A program made the position numbers and the translations under genes. The notes under the pieces were generated by a model, which was not told the origin of the DNA, made no database searches, and saw only the letters and a program-made list of their open reading frames with translations. From an uncultured Muribaculaceae bacterium (lineage in GTDB: Bacteria > Bacteroidota > Bacteroidia > Bacteroidales > Muribaculaceae): DNA of 64,000 nucleotides. Where the stretch lies: the NCBI GenBank assembly GCA_947626355.1, contig CANQRV010000005.1, positions 7,573-71,572 on the forward strand, in the 5' to 3' direction. Shown here piece by piece: positions 16,140 to 25,913 of the stretch; the first letter of the stretch is position 1; each line of letters opens with the position of its first letter.

Positions 16140-17698
16140 TTCTCTTCTCTGTTAAGCATTATTTCAATAAATGGATTGTAATAGCCTTCGGTCTTGGGAG
16201 CCACTCCCTCGAGGCCCTTTCCGCCGTTCTTCGGGCGCTTCACATCGGCGAAGATACCCTTCTCGAGAGCGGAGAAGAGCCCTTCGCTCTCCATCTGCTC
16301 GAGCAGGGATGTGGCCTTGGAGAGCACCTCGCGGGCGCGTGTCTGGATGATGCCGTCTTTCTTGAACTCCATCTCGTCGCCGATGCTCTTCATGTTGCCG
16401 AAGATATACTTGGCGTTCTCGATCGAGAGGTAGCGGTCGCTCATGAAGGGAGTGTGGATGGCCTCCGTGGGCATGCCGAGGAGCTGGATGCCCTGATGGG
16501 TCCAGATGCCGATCATATTGAAGAGGGCGTCCTGGATATGGCCGCGGAATATGTTTCCGGTCATGAACTTCGTGGGGGGCATGTATTTGAGGGTGGCCTT
16601 GGGGAAGATCTCGCGGATCATCTGGGCCTGGGCGAGCTCGAGGAGGAAGCCGTTCTCAAGCGAGGGATCCATCTCGAAGGCGTGTCCGAGACCCATCTGC
16701 TCCTCGGGGAGGCCTGCGAGAAGGGCGAGCTGCTCGTTGATGAGGTCGGAGGCGAGCACGGTATGTGCCTCCTCTACGGCGTCGGCCGTAGTGAGGTAGT
16801 TGTCTTCACCGGTGTTGATGATCACCCCTGCGAATCCGTTGATGACGCGGCTCATGAACTGGTCGACAAGGGTGCGCTGCATGTTGATGTCGCGGAAGAG
16901 GATACCGTAGAGGGCGTCGTTGAGCATGACGTCGAGACCCTCGAGGGCACCCATGGCTGCGATTTCCGGCATGCAGAGGCCGGAGCAGTAGTTGCAGAGG
17001 CGGATATAGCGTCCCACCTCCTCGCCTACCTCGTCGAGGGCCTTGCGCATGATGCGGAAGTTCTCCTGAGTGGCGAAAGTGCCGCCGAATCCCTCTGTGG
17101 TGGCGCCGTAGGGGACATAATCGAGGAGGCTCTGACCGGTGGTGCGGATCACGGCGATGATGTCGGCGCCCTGACGGGCAGCGGCCTGCGCCTGCACCAC
17201 GTCCTCGTAGATGTTGCCGGTGGCGACGATGACGTAGAGGTAGGGCTTGGAGCCCTCGCCTATCGTGGCGAGATAATGCTCTTTCTTGCTTCGGCGCTCG
17301 CTGATGCGCTTCACGGAAGCCTCCACATAGGGACGCAGGGCTTCGGCCACCTCTTCGGAGGAATGGCCCTCAAGGCGCGTGAGGTCGAGCTCGCCGGCTG
17401 CCACCTTCTCGGCGATGGCCTGCGGGTCGAGGCCGGTGGCTATGATGGCGTTGGCAATGAAATAGAGTATGCCGCGTCCGAGGAGGCCGTTCTCCTTGAT
17501 GTGGTTGACGAGCACATTGGGCAGTGGCACTGTGTTGTCGTCGACGCCGTCGACGCCTAAGAGGCGGCAGAGCGTGCGCTCCACAGCCACCGTGGTGTAT
17601 TGGTCGACAAACGACTGCACGTCGAGAGCGATCTTGCGGGCGACGTCTTTCGCGTGGGCGACTTTATTGAAATCGAGGCCTAATTTGCTTTCTTGCAT
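16136..17698 (-). CDS. kamD: Lysine 5,6-aminomutase alpha subunit
   Basis: TTVAVERTLCRLLG, IVATGNIYEDVVQA, NYCSGLCMPEIA and YMPPTKFMTG motifs. Confidence 0.97.
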   Translation of the reverse strand: MQESKLGLDFNKVAHAKDVARKIALDVQSFVDQYTTVAVERTLCRLLGVDGVDDNTVPLPNVLVNHIKENGLLGRGILYFIANAIIATGLDPQAIAEKVAAGELDLTRLEGHSSEEVAEALRPYVEASVKRISERRSKKEHYLATIGEGSKPYLYVIVATGNIYEDVVQAQAAARQGADIIAVIRTTGQSLLDYVPYGATTEGFGGTFATQENFRIMRKALDEVGEEVGRYIRLCNYCSGLCMPEIAAMGALEGLDVMLNDALYGILFRDINMQRTLVDQFMSRVINGFAGVIINTGEDNYLTTADAVEEAHTVLASDLINEQLALLAGLPEEQMGLGHAFEMDPSLENGFLLELAQAQMIREIFPKATLKYMPPTKFMTGNIFRGHIQDALFNMIGIWTHQGIQLLGMPTEAIHTPFMSDRYLSIENAKYIFGNMKSIGDEMEFKKDGIIQTRAREVLSKATSLLEQMESEGLFSALEKGIFADVKRPKNGGKGLEGVAPKTEGYYNPFIEIMLNREEK

Positions 17699-17705
17699 TT
17701 CTATA

Positions 17706-19103
17706 TTAAAGTTGTGATTGTTGCAGAGTTAAAAAACGGGCCGCCGAGTCGATGAGCGTCGGGTCGATGCCGAGCATGGCGGCGATGCGCAGCGCCTCGC
17801 GTGGCGCCGCTGCTGCGGAGTCTTCCTCCAGCGAGTAGTCCATGAGGAGGGGGATGTCGGCTATCGAGCCGATGCTGCCGTCGGCGGCATTGGAGAGGCC
17901 CCTGACCCTGAGGCGGCGCGAGGCATGGAGGCCGCTGTAGTGGGTGGTGACCACCGTGATGCTCGGCAGGGCGCCGAAACAGCTGATGATGGCGCCGGCG
18001 ATGGCGCGACCTTCCTCGGGATTGGTGGTGCGTCCCGGCTCGTCGATGAGCACGAGGAGGCGTCGGCCGGAGGACGCCTCCTTCAGGGCGCTGTCGATAC
18101 TCAGCATCTCGGCGGCAAACGACGATAGGCCGGTGAGCTCCGACTGGTCGTCGCCGAGACACACCCTGACCTCCTCCACCACTGTCACCGATGCCCGGGA
18201 GGCCGGCACGTAGAGGCCGAGCTGGGCGAGGGTCTGGGCCAGGGCGACGGTCTTCAGGATGACGCTCTTGCCACCCATGTTTGCGCCGGTGATCACGCAG
18301 ACGCCTTCGCCCACGGAGATGTCGATGGGCTGGAAGTCGCGTTTCCTCCTGCGCAAAACCTCCCTCACCTGCGGATTGAACAGGGCTGTATAACGTGTGT
18401 CGCCCTCATCGGCTATGCACGGGCGGCAGAGCCCCTGGGCGACGGCAAGCTTCGCGTGGGCGATGAGGAAATCAAGCTCTCCGACAGCGGCGAGAGCCTC
18501 GATGGCCACGCGAGCCAGCGGGCGCAGCCGGGCCGCGAGAGCGCATCTCACCTCGTCTTCCACGGCAGTGGCCTCCGCAAAGAGGGCGGCGCCCTCCTCG
18601 CTTCCGGCATCGCATGCGTTGATGCGGCGGCGCAGAGGGGCAAGACGCGGATCGTAGCTGTCGTAGATGAAGAAATGTGGGATTCGGGCTCCGTCCGGGT
18701 CGAGTATGGCCACCGTCGCGGTCATATCGGGTATGGCTACGGCATCGAGATCCATCTCGGCGCAGTAGCGGCTGATGTCGCCACACTGGAGGGCGAAGGT
18801 CTTGAGCTCGAAGAGCTCCGTGTCGTCGGTCACCTGCCCGGCGGCGAGGCGGCGGAGCGTGCCGCTGATGTCGTTGACACACATCAGCACGTGAAGCAGC
18901 CGGGCGAGCGGCCTGGCTGCAGCCGGATCCGACACGGCCACGACAGCCTTCCCCGCCTTGTCGAGACGCTCGGCGATGACACCGGTGTCGGCCGTCATCT
19001 CAAGGGCGTTGAGATGGGCGCGTCCTGGCGCCGACATGATCTCGAGACTGTCGGCTATATGGCGGAGGCCGGGGATTGAGGCAGTGAGCCGGGTGAATGT
19101 CAT
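17706..19103 (-). CDS. kamC: MutS-like ATPase, lysine 5,6-aminomutase reactivase component
   Basis: MutS domain V only (ITGANMGGKS, LSSFAAEM, LIDEPGRTTNPEEG, TTHY); lies directly upstream of kamD. Confidence 0.85.
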   Translation of the reverse strand: MTFTRLTASIPGLRHIADSLEIMSAPGRAHLNALEMTADTGVIAERLDKAGKAVVAVSDPAAARPLARLLHVLMCVNDISGTLRRLAAGQVTDDTELFELKTFALQCGDISRYCAEMDLDAVAIPDMTATVAILDPDGARIPHFFIYDSYDPRLAPLRRRINACDAGSEEGAALFAEATAVEDEVRCALAARLRPLARVAIEALAAVGELDFLIAHAKLAVAQGLCRPCIADEGDTRYTALFNPQVREVLRRRKRDFQPIDISVGEGVCVITGANMGGKSVILKTVALAQTLAQLGLYVPASRASVTVVEEVRVCLGDDQSELTGLSSFAAEMLSIDSALKEASSGRRLLVLIDEPGRTTNPEEGRAIAGAIISCFGALPSITVVTTHYSGLHASRRLRVRGLSNAADGSIGSIADIPLLMDYSLEEDSAAAAPREALRIAAMLGIDPTLIDSAARFLTLQQSQL

Positions 19104-20134
19104 GGCAGATTCCGGTTAAGTCTGACATCGATGGTGTCGATGCCTGTTTTTTCTTTTATTGAGTCGCAGAGTCGGCGCGAGTCGACTCGGTAGCCTGCGG
19201 GAGATGTCGGATTTACGCAGATGGCGAGCACACGGCACGGGCGTGCCACGAAGACGGCTCCTCCCTTGGAAGTGAAGGCCGTGAACGCCTCGCGCGATGC
19301 GAACATACAGGAGAAGTCGCGCATCGCGAGAGCCATGCCGTCGGTCTGCGGGAGCTGCCGGAGTGTGGCGAGAAGCCTGTCGGTGACGGCGCCGGCCACA
19401 TATAGCAGCGCTGTGTCGGTCGGAATGTCGGCCGCGGCGGAGCCGAGCGCGATTGCCGACGAAAGGCCAAGGTCATGAATGCCGCCATGGGCATCGACTG
19501 CCACCACTCCCCTCTCCACATCCTCGAGCCTTCGGGCCATCTCCGGCGGGAGCGCCGGAAGGCGCATCACCTCGCATACGAATGCCGTGCGGCGGGTGAT
19601 CTCGGGGATCGAGGGGGCGATTGCGGCGCCGGTGGCCAGCACGAGGGCGTCGGTGACGGCCGGCGAGGCGGAGCTCATGCGTGAGAGCGCGCCGTCTACG
19701 AGGGTCACGTCGGGACTGTAGGCCCCGAGGTCGGAGATGAGTCTGCGGAGCGACGCCGTGTCGGGCGGCCCGGCGAGGATCACCTTGCCGTGGGTTCTCA
19801 CCCTGGCGGTGACGAGGCGCCCGAGAGCTGTGGCCCGCGTTCCTATGCCGAGCACCTTCGAAGTGACGCCCCGGGAGCGGTAGAAACTCTCCGAGGTGAC
19901 GAATACCGTCTCCTCGAAGAGTGTTATCTCAGGCTTCCGGGTATGGCTGACGGCGTCGGTCTGCTCGCCGTCGACACCTATGGAGGTGACGGCGGGAGTC
20001 AGGCCGCGGTCGTGGAGACCCCGCAGAATGTAGTTGAGACATTCCGTCTTGCCCGCGTTCTTGGCGAGGCCGACGATCGCCACGCTGTCATAGCTGGCGA
20101 TTCTGTCGATGAGAGAAGCCTCCGGCTCAGCCAT
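19100..20134 (-). CDS. kamB: Putative lysine 5,6-aminomutase reactivase subunit
   Basis: GLAKNAGKT P-loop, TSIGVDGE and VDGALSRMSSASP motifs; position between kamA and kamC. Confidence 0.8.
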   Translation of the reverse strand: MAEPEASLIDRIASYDSVAIVGLAKNAGKTECLNYILRGLHDRGLTPAVTSIGVDGEQTDAVSHTRKPEITLFEETVFVTSESFYRSRGVTSKVLGIGTRATALGRLVTARVRTHGKVILAGPPDTASLRRLISDLGAYSPDVTLVDGALSRMSSASPAVTDALVLATGAAIAPSIPEITRRTAFVCEVMRLPALPPEMARRLEDVERGVVAVDAHGGIHDLGLSSAIALGSAAADIPTDTALLYVAGAVTDRLLATLRQLPQTDGMALAMRDFSCMFASREAFTAFTSKGGAVFVARPCRVLAICVNPTSPAGYRVDSRRLCDSIKEKTGIDTIDVRLNRNLP

Positions 20135-20145
20135 ATCGGCGTGGT

Positions 20146-21402
20146 TCAGTGTTTGTTACGCTCGTGGCGGGCAAGCTTGCTGGGCTCGAGGGAGAGCTGC
20201 TCGCCGTTGAGGAGGCTTGCGATGCCCTCCTTGTGGAGCTGCTTGCGGCGCGCCGCCTCGCATTCTGGGCAGTGACATTCCTCCTTGTAGTCGGTGGGCT
20301 CCGTGTAGGTGGTGATCACACCCTCATAGTTGCGGAGCACTACCCTTGTGGGCGACTGGGAGATGACGTAGTTGGGCATCACCGGAGTCTTGCCGCCGCC
20401 ACCGGGGGCGTCGACCACGAAAGTGGGCACGGCGTAGCCGGAAGTATGTCCGCGGAGGTTCTCCATGATCTCGATGCCTTTCGACACCGGGGTGCGGAAA
20501 TGCTCGATACCCGTCGAGAGGTCGCACTGATATATGTAGTACGGTCTCACGCGAATCTTCACGAGCTCCCTCACGAGGCGCTTCATCACATTGGTGCAGT
20601 CGTTGACCCCTCTGAGGAGCACGCTCTGGTTGCCGAGGGGCACGCCGGCGTTGGCGAGGCGCGCGCATGCGAGAGTCGACTCGGGAGTGATCTCGTTGGG
20701 ATGGTTGAAGTGGGTGTTGAGCCAGATGGGATGATACTTCGAGAGCATTGCCACGAGCTCGGGGGTGATGCGCTGCGGGAGCACCACCGGAGTGCGCGAG
20801 CCGATGCGGATGATCTCCACATGGGGAATCTCGCGGAGCTTCCTGATGATGTACTCGAGGCGCTCGTCGCTCACGAGCAGGGCGTCGCCGCCTGAGAGGA
20901 GCACGTCTCTCACCTGGGGAGTGCGGGCGATATACGCGATGGCATTGTCGATACGCTCGAGAGGCGAGGCAGCGTCGCGCTGGCCGGCAAATCTGCGGCG
21001 TGTGCAATGGCGGCAGTACATGGAGCACTGGTCGGTGATGAGGAAGAGCACCCTGTCGGGATACCTGTGGGTAAGGCCCGGCACCGGGGAGTCGCTGTCC
21101 TCGTGAAGCGGGTCGTCGAGGTCGGCGTCAGCCTTATGGAGCTCGGCGGCGGTGGGGATCGCCTGCTTGCGTATGGGGTCGTGGGGATCTGACGGATCGA
21201 TGAGGCTGAGATAGTAGGGGGTGATGGCCATGCGCAGATGCTGGAGCGCATTGCGCACGCCTTCCTCCTCCTCGGCCGTCAGCGGGAAGTATTTCTTCAG
21301 CTGATCGACCGTCTCGATGCGGTTTCTCACCTGCCACTTCCAGTCGTTCCACTGCTCGTCGGTGACGTCGGGGAAAAGCTGGTGTCTTCTGTCGGTTGCC
21401 AT
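20146..21402 (-). CDS. kamA: Lysine 2,3-aminomutase (radical SAM, PLP)
   Basis: GLTHRYPDR, CSMYCRHCTRRR, LSGGD, APGGGGKTP (PLP Lys); C-terminal CHCPEC zinc site. Confidence 0.97.
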   Translation of the reverse strand: MATDRRHQLFPDVTDEQWNDWKWQVRNRIETVDQLKKYFPLTAEEEEGVRNALQHLRMAITPYYLSLIDPSDPHDPIRKQAIPTAAELHKADADLDDPLHEDSDSPVPGLTHRYPDRVLFLITDQCSMYCRHCTRRRFAGQRDAASPLERIDNAIAYIARTPQVRDVLLSGGDALLVSDERLEYIIRKLREIPHVEIIRIGSRTPVVLPQRITPELVAMLSKYHPIWLNTHFNHPNEITPESTLACARLANAGVPLGNQSVLLRGVNDCTNVMKRLVRELVKIRVRPYYIYQCDLSTGIEHFRTPVSKGIEIMENLRGHTSGYAVPTFVVDAPGGGGKTPVMPNYVISQSPTRVVLRNYEGVITTYTEPTDYKEECHCPECEAARRKQLHKEGIASLLNGEQLSLEPSKLARHERNKH

Positions 21403-21414
21403 GTCGGGACTGAC

Positions 21415-22458
21415 TTAAGCGTAAAGGTCGGTGAAGATCTTGCGGAGTGCCTCGTTCTCACGGAGCTCCTGGAGAGTGATCTCGGCATGGCCCTTTGTGT
21501 AGCCGTTGCCCACGATCATCGTCACGTCGGAGCCTACGCCCTCTGCGCCGAGAGCGGCCTTCGTGAAGCTTGTGGCCATTGAGAAGAAGTAGACCACGCC
21601 GGTGTCTTTCGTGCAGAGGATGGAGGTCATCTCCGTGTCGGGGATGTTGACGTTGTTGATTGTGACGTCAGCCATGTGGCCGTTGGTGAGCTCTGCGATC
21701 TTGTCCATCACGGGCACGGGCTTTGTGGCGTCGGCGGAGAAGACATAGTCGCAGAAACCAAGATTCTGGAGACGCTCGGTGCTCTTCTGGCTGTGGCAGA
21801 GGCCGATCACCTTGCCTGTGACGCCTGCGCGCTTCTTGGCCTCGTAGCAGCAGAGCATACCCGACTTGCCGCCGGCTCCGATGATGAGCACTGTGTCGCC
21901 GGGCTTCACGAGCTTGGCGGTCTGTGCGGGAGCGCCTGCCACGTCGAGGGCGGAGAGGGCGAGGTTCTCGGGGAGATCGGAGGGAATCTTGGCGTAGATG
22001 CCGCTCTCGAAGAGGATGGCCTTGCCGTCGATGTCCACCTGGTCGATCTCGGGACGGATATCCTTTATCCTGTCGATGCGGAGGGGAGTGAGCGAGAGCG
22101 ATACAAGTGTCGCGATCTTGTCGCCTTCCTTAAGATCGATCTTACCCTTGAGAGCGTCGCCGATTTTCTCTACTGTGCCGAGGAGCATACCGCCGGAGCC
22201 GGTCACCGGGTTGCGGTGCTTGCCCTGCTTTGCCACGATGTCGAGCATGATGCGCGCGATCTCCTCCTTGTCGCCCTTTGCCTGCTCCTCGATCTGGGTG
22301 AAGGAGGCTGAGTCGATGTTGAGGGTCTGCACGTCGATGAGGATCTCGTTGTCGTAGATCTCGTCCATGTTGTTGTCGATCTTGTCGGCCGGCTGGGGAA
22401 GCACTCCCTTGGGCTCTATTACTCTGTGTGTTCCGTATTTATTACCTTTCTTCTGCAT
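21415..22458 (-). CDS. kdd: L-erythro-3,5-diaminohexanoate dehydrogenase
   Basis: KYGTHRVIEP, NIDSASF, NPVTGSGGMLLG, LDVAGAP and FFSMATSF motifs; start at MQKKG. Confidence 0.95.
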   Translation of the reverse strand: MQKKGNKYGTHRVIEPKGVLPQPADKIDNNMDEIYDNEILIDVQTLNIDSASFTQIEEQAKGDKEEIARIMLDIVAKQGKHRNPVTGSGGMLLGTVEKIGDALKGKIDLKEGDKIATLVSLSLTPLRIDRIKDIRPEIDQVDIDGKAILFESGIYAKIPSDLPENLALSALDVAGAPAQTAKLVKPGDTVLIIGAGGKSGMLCCYEAKKRAGVTGKVIGLCHSQKSTERLQNLGFCDYVFSADATKPVPVMDKIAELTNGHMADVTINNVNIPDTEMTSILCTKDTGVVYFFSMATSFTKAALGAEGVGSDVTMIVGNGYTKGHAEITLQELRENEALRKIFTDLYA

Positions 22459-22500
22459 GATATTAAATTTATTTTTTTGTATTTTCGATTTAAGGATGTG

Positions 22501-22525
22501 GCTCCCCCTCTTCATGGAGGGGAGC
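22501..22525. other. Intra-operon GC hairpin between kce and kdd (possible mRNA-stabilising element)
   Basis: gctcccc...ggggagc stem with no U tract on the minus strand. Confidence 0.3.
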
Positions 22526-22537
22526 CGGGATGCCGCG

Positions 22538-23365
22538 TTATCTGCGGGGAGCGAGGCCGAGTATCTCGCGGGCCTCGGCTGGAGTGGCGATCTCGCGGCC
22601 GAGCTCCCGGGCTATTCGCACCACCTTCTCCACGAGCTCGCCGTTTGACTTTGCGAGCACCCCTTTGGAGAGATAGAGGTTGTCTTCAAAACCCACCCTG
22701 ACGTTGCCGCCCATGGCTATTGCTGCGGCGGCCATCGGGAAGGCGTTGCGGCCAACGCCGGTCACGGTCCATGTGGAGCCGGCGGGTATGGCGTTGACCA
22801 GCCAGCACAGGTTGGGCACCGTGGCTGTGGTGCAGCCGGGCACGCCGAGCACGAAATTGAACTGCATGGGGGCACCGGGCACCTGTCCCTTGCGGGCCAT
22901 GTTGAGCACGGTGTCGAGGTGACCCATCTCGAAGCACTCATATTCGGGCTTGATGCCGCGCTCCATCATGCGCTTGCCGAAGTCGCGCATCATGGGCATC
23001 GTGTTCTCAAACACGTCGTCGCCGAAATTGCATGTGCCGCAGTCGAGAGTGGCCATCTCGGGGTCGAGCTCCGTGGGCTGGAGGCGCTCCTCGGCGGTCA
23101 TGCCTACGGCGCCGCCGGTGGAGGGGATGAGAATCACGTCTGGACACACCTTTAGGATGGCGTCGATACACTCCTTGAACCGGGCCTTGCTCTGGGTGGG
23201 AGTGCCGTCGTCTTCCCTCACATGGATATGCACGATGGCGGCTCCGGCGTCGACGGCCGACTTGGCCTCACGCACGATTTCCTCCACAGTGTAGGGCACA
23301 GCGGGGTTCTGCTCCTTGGTGACCTCCGCGCCGCAGATGGCGGCTGTGATGATAAGCTTCTCCAT
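22538..23365 (-). CDS. kce: 3-keto-5-aminohexanoate cleavage enzyme
   Basis: LIITAAICGAE, HIHVR (Zn), STGG, TLDCGTCNFG, PEYECF and RVGFEDN motifs. Confidence 0.96.
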   Translation of the reverse strand: MEKLIITAAICGAEVTKEQNPAVPYTVEEIVREAKSAVDAGAAIVHIHVREDDGTPTQSKARFKECIDAILKVCPDVILIPSTGGAVGMTAEERLQPTELDPEMATLDCGTCNFGDDVFENTMPMMRDFGKRMMERGIKPEYECFEMGHLDTVLNMARKGQVPGAPMQFNFVLGVPGCTTATVPNLCWLVNAIPAGSTWTVTGVGRNAFPMAAAAIAMGGNVRVGFEDNLYLSKGVLAKSNGELVEKVVRIARELGREIATPAEAREILGLAPRR

Positions 23366-23370
23366 ATCCG

Positions 23371-23757
23371 TCAGTTCTTACGCTGGTCTTCTTTCTTCAC
23401 GACACACGTGCCGCTGGCGCGGCACACCACCACAGGCTCGGGAAGCACGTCGGCTGCGGAAGCGGAGATGTCGGGGCGCGGGGCAATCACCTTGCGGGCC
23501 TCGAACACCATCTTGCGCGAGGTGTTGCCCACCTTCACGATCTCGCCGACAGCCTCGATATAGTCGCCGGCATATACGGGAGCGAGAAATTCTATATTGT
23601 CGTAGGCGCAGAAGAGACCTTCGTCGCCGTCGTGCATGATGAGCAGCTCTGTCGCCACGTCGCCGAAGAGGTGCACCATGTGGGCTCCGTCAACAAGATT
23701 ACCGCCGTAGTGTGCGTCTTTTGCGCTCATGCGCACGCGAATCATCGATTTTTCCAT
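23371..23757 (-). CDS. kal: 3-aminobutyryl-CoA ammonia-lyase (hotdog fold)
   Basis: [34 protein letters not shown] and [10 protein letters not shown] motifs. Confidence 0.95.
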   Translation of the reverse strand: MEKSMIRVRMSAKDAHYGGNLVDGAHMVHLFGDVATELLIMHDGDEGLFCAYDNIEFLAPVYAGDYIEAVGEIVKVGNTSRKMVFEARKVIAPRPDISASAADVLPEPVVVCRASGTCVVKKEDQRKN

Positions 23758-23812
23758 TTGTATGCAATTATTATAATGAGCAGCCGGCCGGCAGAGGCCG
23801 GCGCGCGGAGTG

Positions 23813-24460
23813 TCAATATTCAAGGATATAGTCTACAAGCACGCCGGGAGTGTGGACGTTCTCGGGAAGGATCTCTCCGACGGGCACATGCTCCTTGGCC
23901 TCTACGATCACGAGGTCGGCGGCTGTGGCCATCAGGGGGTTGAAGTTCATGGAAGTGCCTCTGTAGACGAGGTTGCCCGCCTCATCGGCCACGCTGGCGC
24001 CGATCAGGGCCACATCGGCGCGGAGGGGAAGCTCAAGCAGATAGTCCTTGCCGCCGATGTTCACCACCTGCTTTCCTTCTGCCACGACTGTGCCGAGGCC
24101 GGTGGGCGTGAGGAAGCCGCCGAGACCGCAGCCGCCGGCCCTTACACGCTCGGCGAGCGTGCCCTGCGGCGAGAACTCGATCTCAAGCTCTCCGCTGTTC
24201 ATTTTCTCGGAGGCCTGCGGCGTTGCGCCGATGTATGACGCGATGAGTTTCTTTATCTGTCCGTTGACGAGCAGCTGGCCGATACCCTTGTCGGGATACG
24301 CGGTGTCGTTGCATATTACAGTCAGATCCTTGACCCCTGACTTCGCGAGGGCGTCGATGATGGAGTTGGGAGTGCCGTTGGCAAGGAAGCCGCCGACCAT
24401 GATGGTCATGCCGTCCTTGATTTTCCCCACAGCCTCCTGCAATGAAATTTTCTGGCTCAT
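23813..24460 (-). CDS. atoD: Butyrate:acetoacetate CoA-transferase, alpha subunit
   Basis: [28 protein letters not shown] and [10 protein letters not shown] motifs. Confidence 0.92.
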   Translation of the reverse strand: MSQKISLQEAVGKIKDGMTIMVGGFLANGTPNSIIDALAKSGVKDLTVICNDTAYPDKGIGQLLVNGQIKKLIASYIGATPQASEKMNSGELEIEFSPQGTLAERVRAGGCGLGGFLTPTGLGTVVAEGKQVVNIGGKDYLLELPLRADVALIGASVADEAGNLVYRGTSMNFNPLMATAADLVIVEAKEHVPVGEILPENVHTPGVLVDYILEY

Positions 24461-24526
24461 GGTTGATGGTTAAGGCGTTTCATGGTGAATATGAAAGGCT
24501 TCCGCAGAGGCCTCTCCAATTTTTGT

Positions 24527-24558
24527 CAAAATTAGTGAAAATCCCTGAATTGCACAAA
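24527..24558 (-). promoter_or_regulatory. Housekeeping promoter of the lysine fermentation operon
   Basis: Minus-strand TTTG (24558-24555), 20-nt spacer, TAATTTTG (24534-24527). Confidence 0.8.
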
Positions 24559-24763
24559 TTACCCGCGATATTTATTTTCATACGGCTACTTCGGTACCAT
24601 TTTGTAAACCGTCGCGCCCACCGGAGACATAACCGCCGCGGAATGGCGACGCAGCGCGTCATCTTTCGCCACGATATGGCAGTTGTATGATTTTTTCGTC
24701 CCGGTTAATCATTGTCGTCCCCTGATTGGTTATATCTAAAAGTCCACTTAAATTATATCCGCG

Positions 24764-25876
24764 ATGTTTCACGACATACTGTTTCTGATTCTGGGCCTCA
24801 TCCTCATAGTGGCCGGCGGCAACTACCTCACCGACGGCGCCGAAGCTGTGGCACGCCGTTTCCATGTCTCCAAGCTTGTGATCGGCCTCACCGTCGTGGC
24901 CTTCGGCTCTTCGACGCCCGACCTGGTGATATCGCTTATGTCGACGCTGGAGGGAAAATCATCGCTCGCCTTGGGCGACATCGTGGGCGCCAACATCTTC
25001 GACCTGCTCTTCGTGGTGGGCGTGATGGCCGTCATCACCCCGGTGCCGATAGGACAAGATATGGAGAACAAAGACATTTTCATGCTCGTGCTCTCCTCCC
25101 TGACCTTATTCTTCTGCGGCGACGACGTCCTCTTCGACGGCAGCCGCAGCAATATAGTGTCGCGCACCGACGGCCTTATGCTGCTGGCCTTTTTCGCCAT
25201 CTTCATGGCCTATACCTTCTCGATGGCGAAGCCGGAGCCCGCAAAGCTCAAGGAGGCGCCTGACAGCGCCCGGGCTTCTCGGCAAGCGGATCCGCTACCC
25301 GTCAGCAAGCAGCCGGCGCCCGTCGCCGCTGATGGGGCTCACGCCCGTCGCCTCACTCCGGCCCTCCTGTTGAGGCGCATCAGGGGCGACATCGACCGGA
25401 CGGGAAATGGCGCGCAGAGCATCTGGCTCTCGGCCGTGATGATTGTCGGCGGCCTCGCGGCGCTGGTGATCGGAGGCAACTGGATAGTCGACGGCGCGTC
25501 TGCGATAGCGCTCAAGGCAGGCCTCTCGGAGGCTATGGTGGGTCTTACCATAGTGGCTTTCGGCAGCTCGGCTCCCGACATCGCCACCTCGGCGATCGCC
25601 GCCTGGAAACGCCAGCCGCAGATCGCGCTCGGCAATGTGGTGGGCGCATGCGCCTTCAATGTCTTCTTCATTATAGGAGTCTGCGCCACATGCCGCCCGC
25701 TCGACGCCGGCACCATCACGTTCATCGACTTCACGACACTGGTTGCCGCGGCGGTGCTGCTGTGGATTTTCGGGGCCACAAGGAGCCGTGGCGTCAGCCG
25801 CCCGGAGGGCATTCTGCTCATAGCCCTCTACCTCGGATACACCGCATACGTCATCACGACCGGCATAGGCCACTGA
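24764..25876 (+). CDS. Calcium/sodium antiporter (CaCA, YrbG-like)
   Basis: Two alpha repeats, VAFGSSTPD and VAFGSSAPD; GDIVGANIFD and GNVVGACAFN. Confidence 0.9.
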   Translation: MFHDILFLILGLILIVAGGNYLTDGAEAVARRFHVSKLVIGLTVVAFGSSTPDLVISLMSTLEGKSSLALGDIVGANIFDLLFVVGVMAVITPVPIGQDMENKDIFMLVLSSLTLFFCGDDVLFDGSRSNIVSRTDGLMLLAFFAIFMAYTFSMAKPEPAKLKEAPDSARASRQADPLPVSKQPAPVAADGAHARRLTPALLLRRIRGDIDRTGNGAQSIWLSAVMIVGGLAALVIGGNWIVDGASAIALKAGLSEAMVGLTIVAFGSSAPDIATSAIAAWKRQPQIALGNVVGACAFNVFFIIGVCATCRPLDAGTITFIDFTTLVAAAVLLWIFGATRSRGVSRPEGILLIALYLGYTAYVITTGIGH

Positions 25877-25913
25877 CATTCCCGCTTATCAACTTTTCCC
25901 GATCCAGACAATT

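Noticed and set aside
17706-19103. MutS/MutS2 DNA-repair gene
   Set aside because: Only the ATPase domain is present, with no mismatch-binding or Smr domain; operon context points to KamC
23780-23810. Additional type B palindrome copy between atoD and kal
   Set aside because: Only a short ccggc/gccgg stem in GC-rich DNA; too degenerate to call
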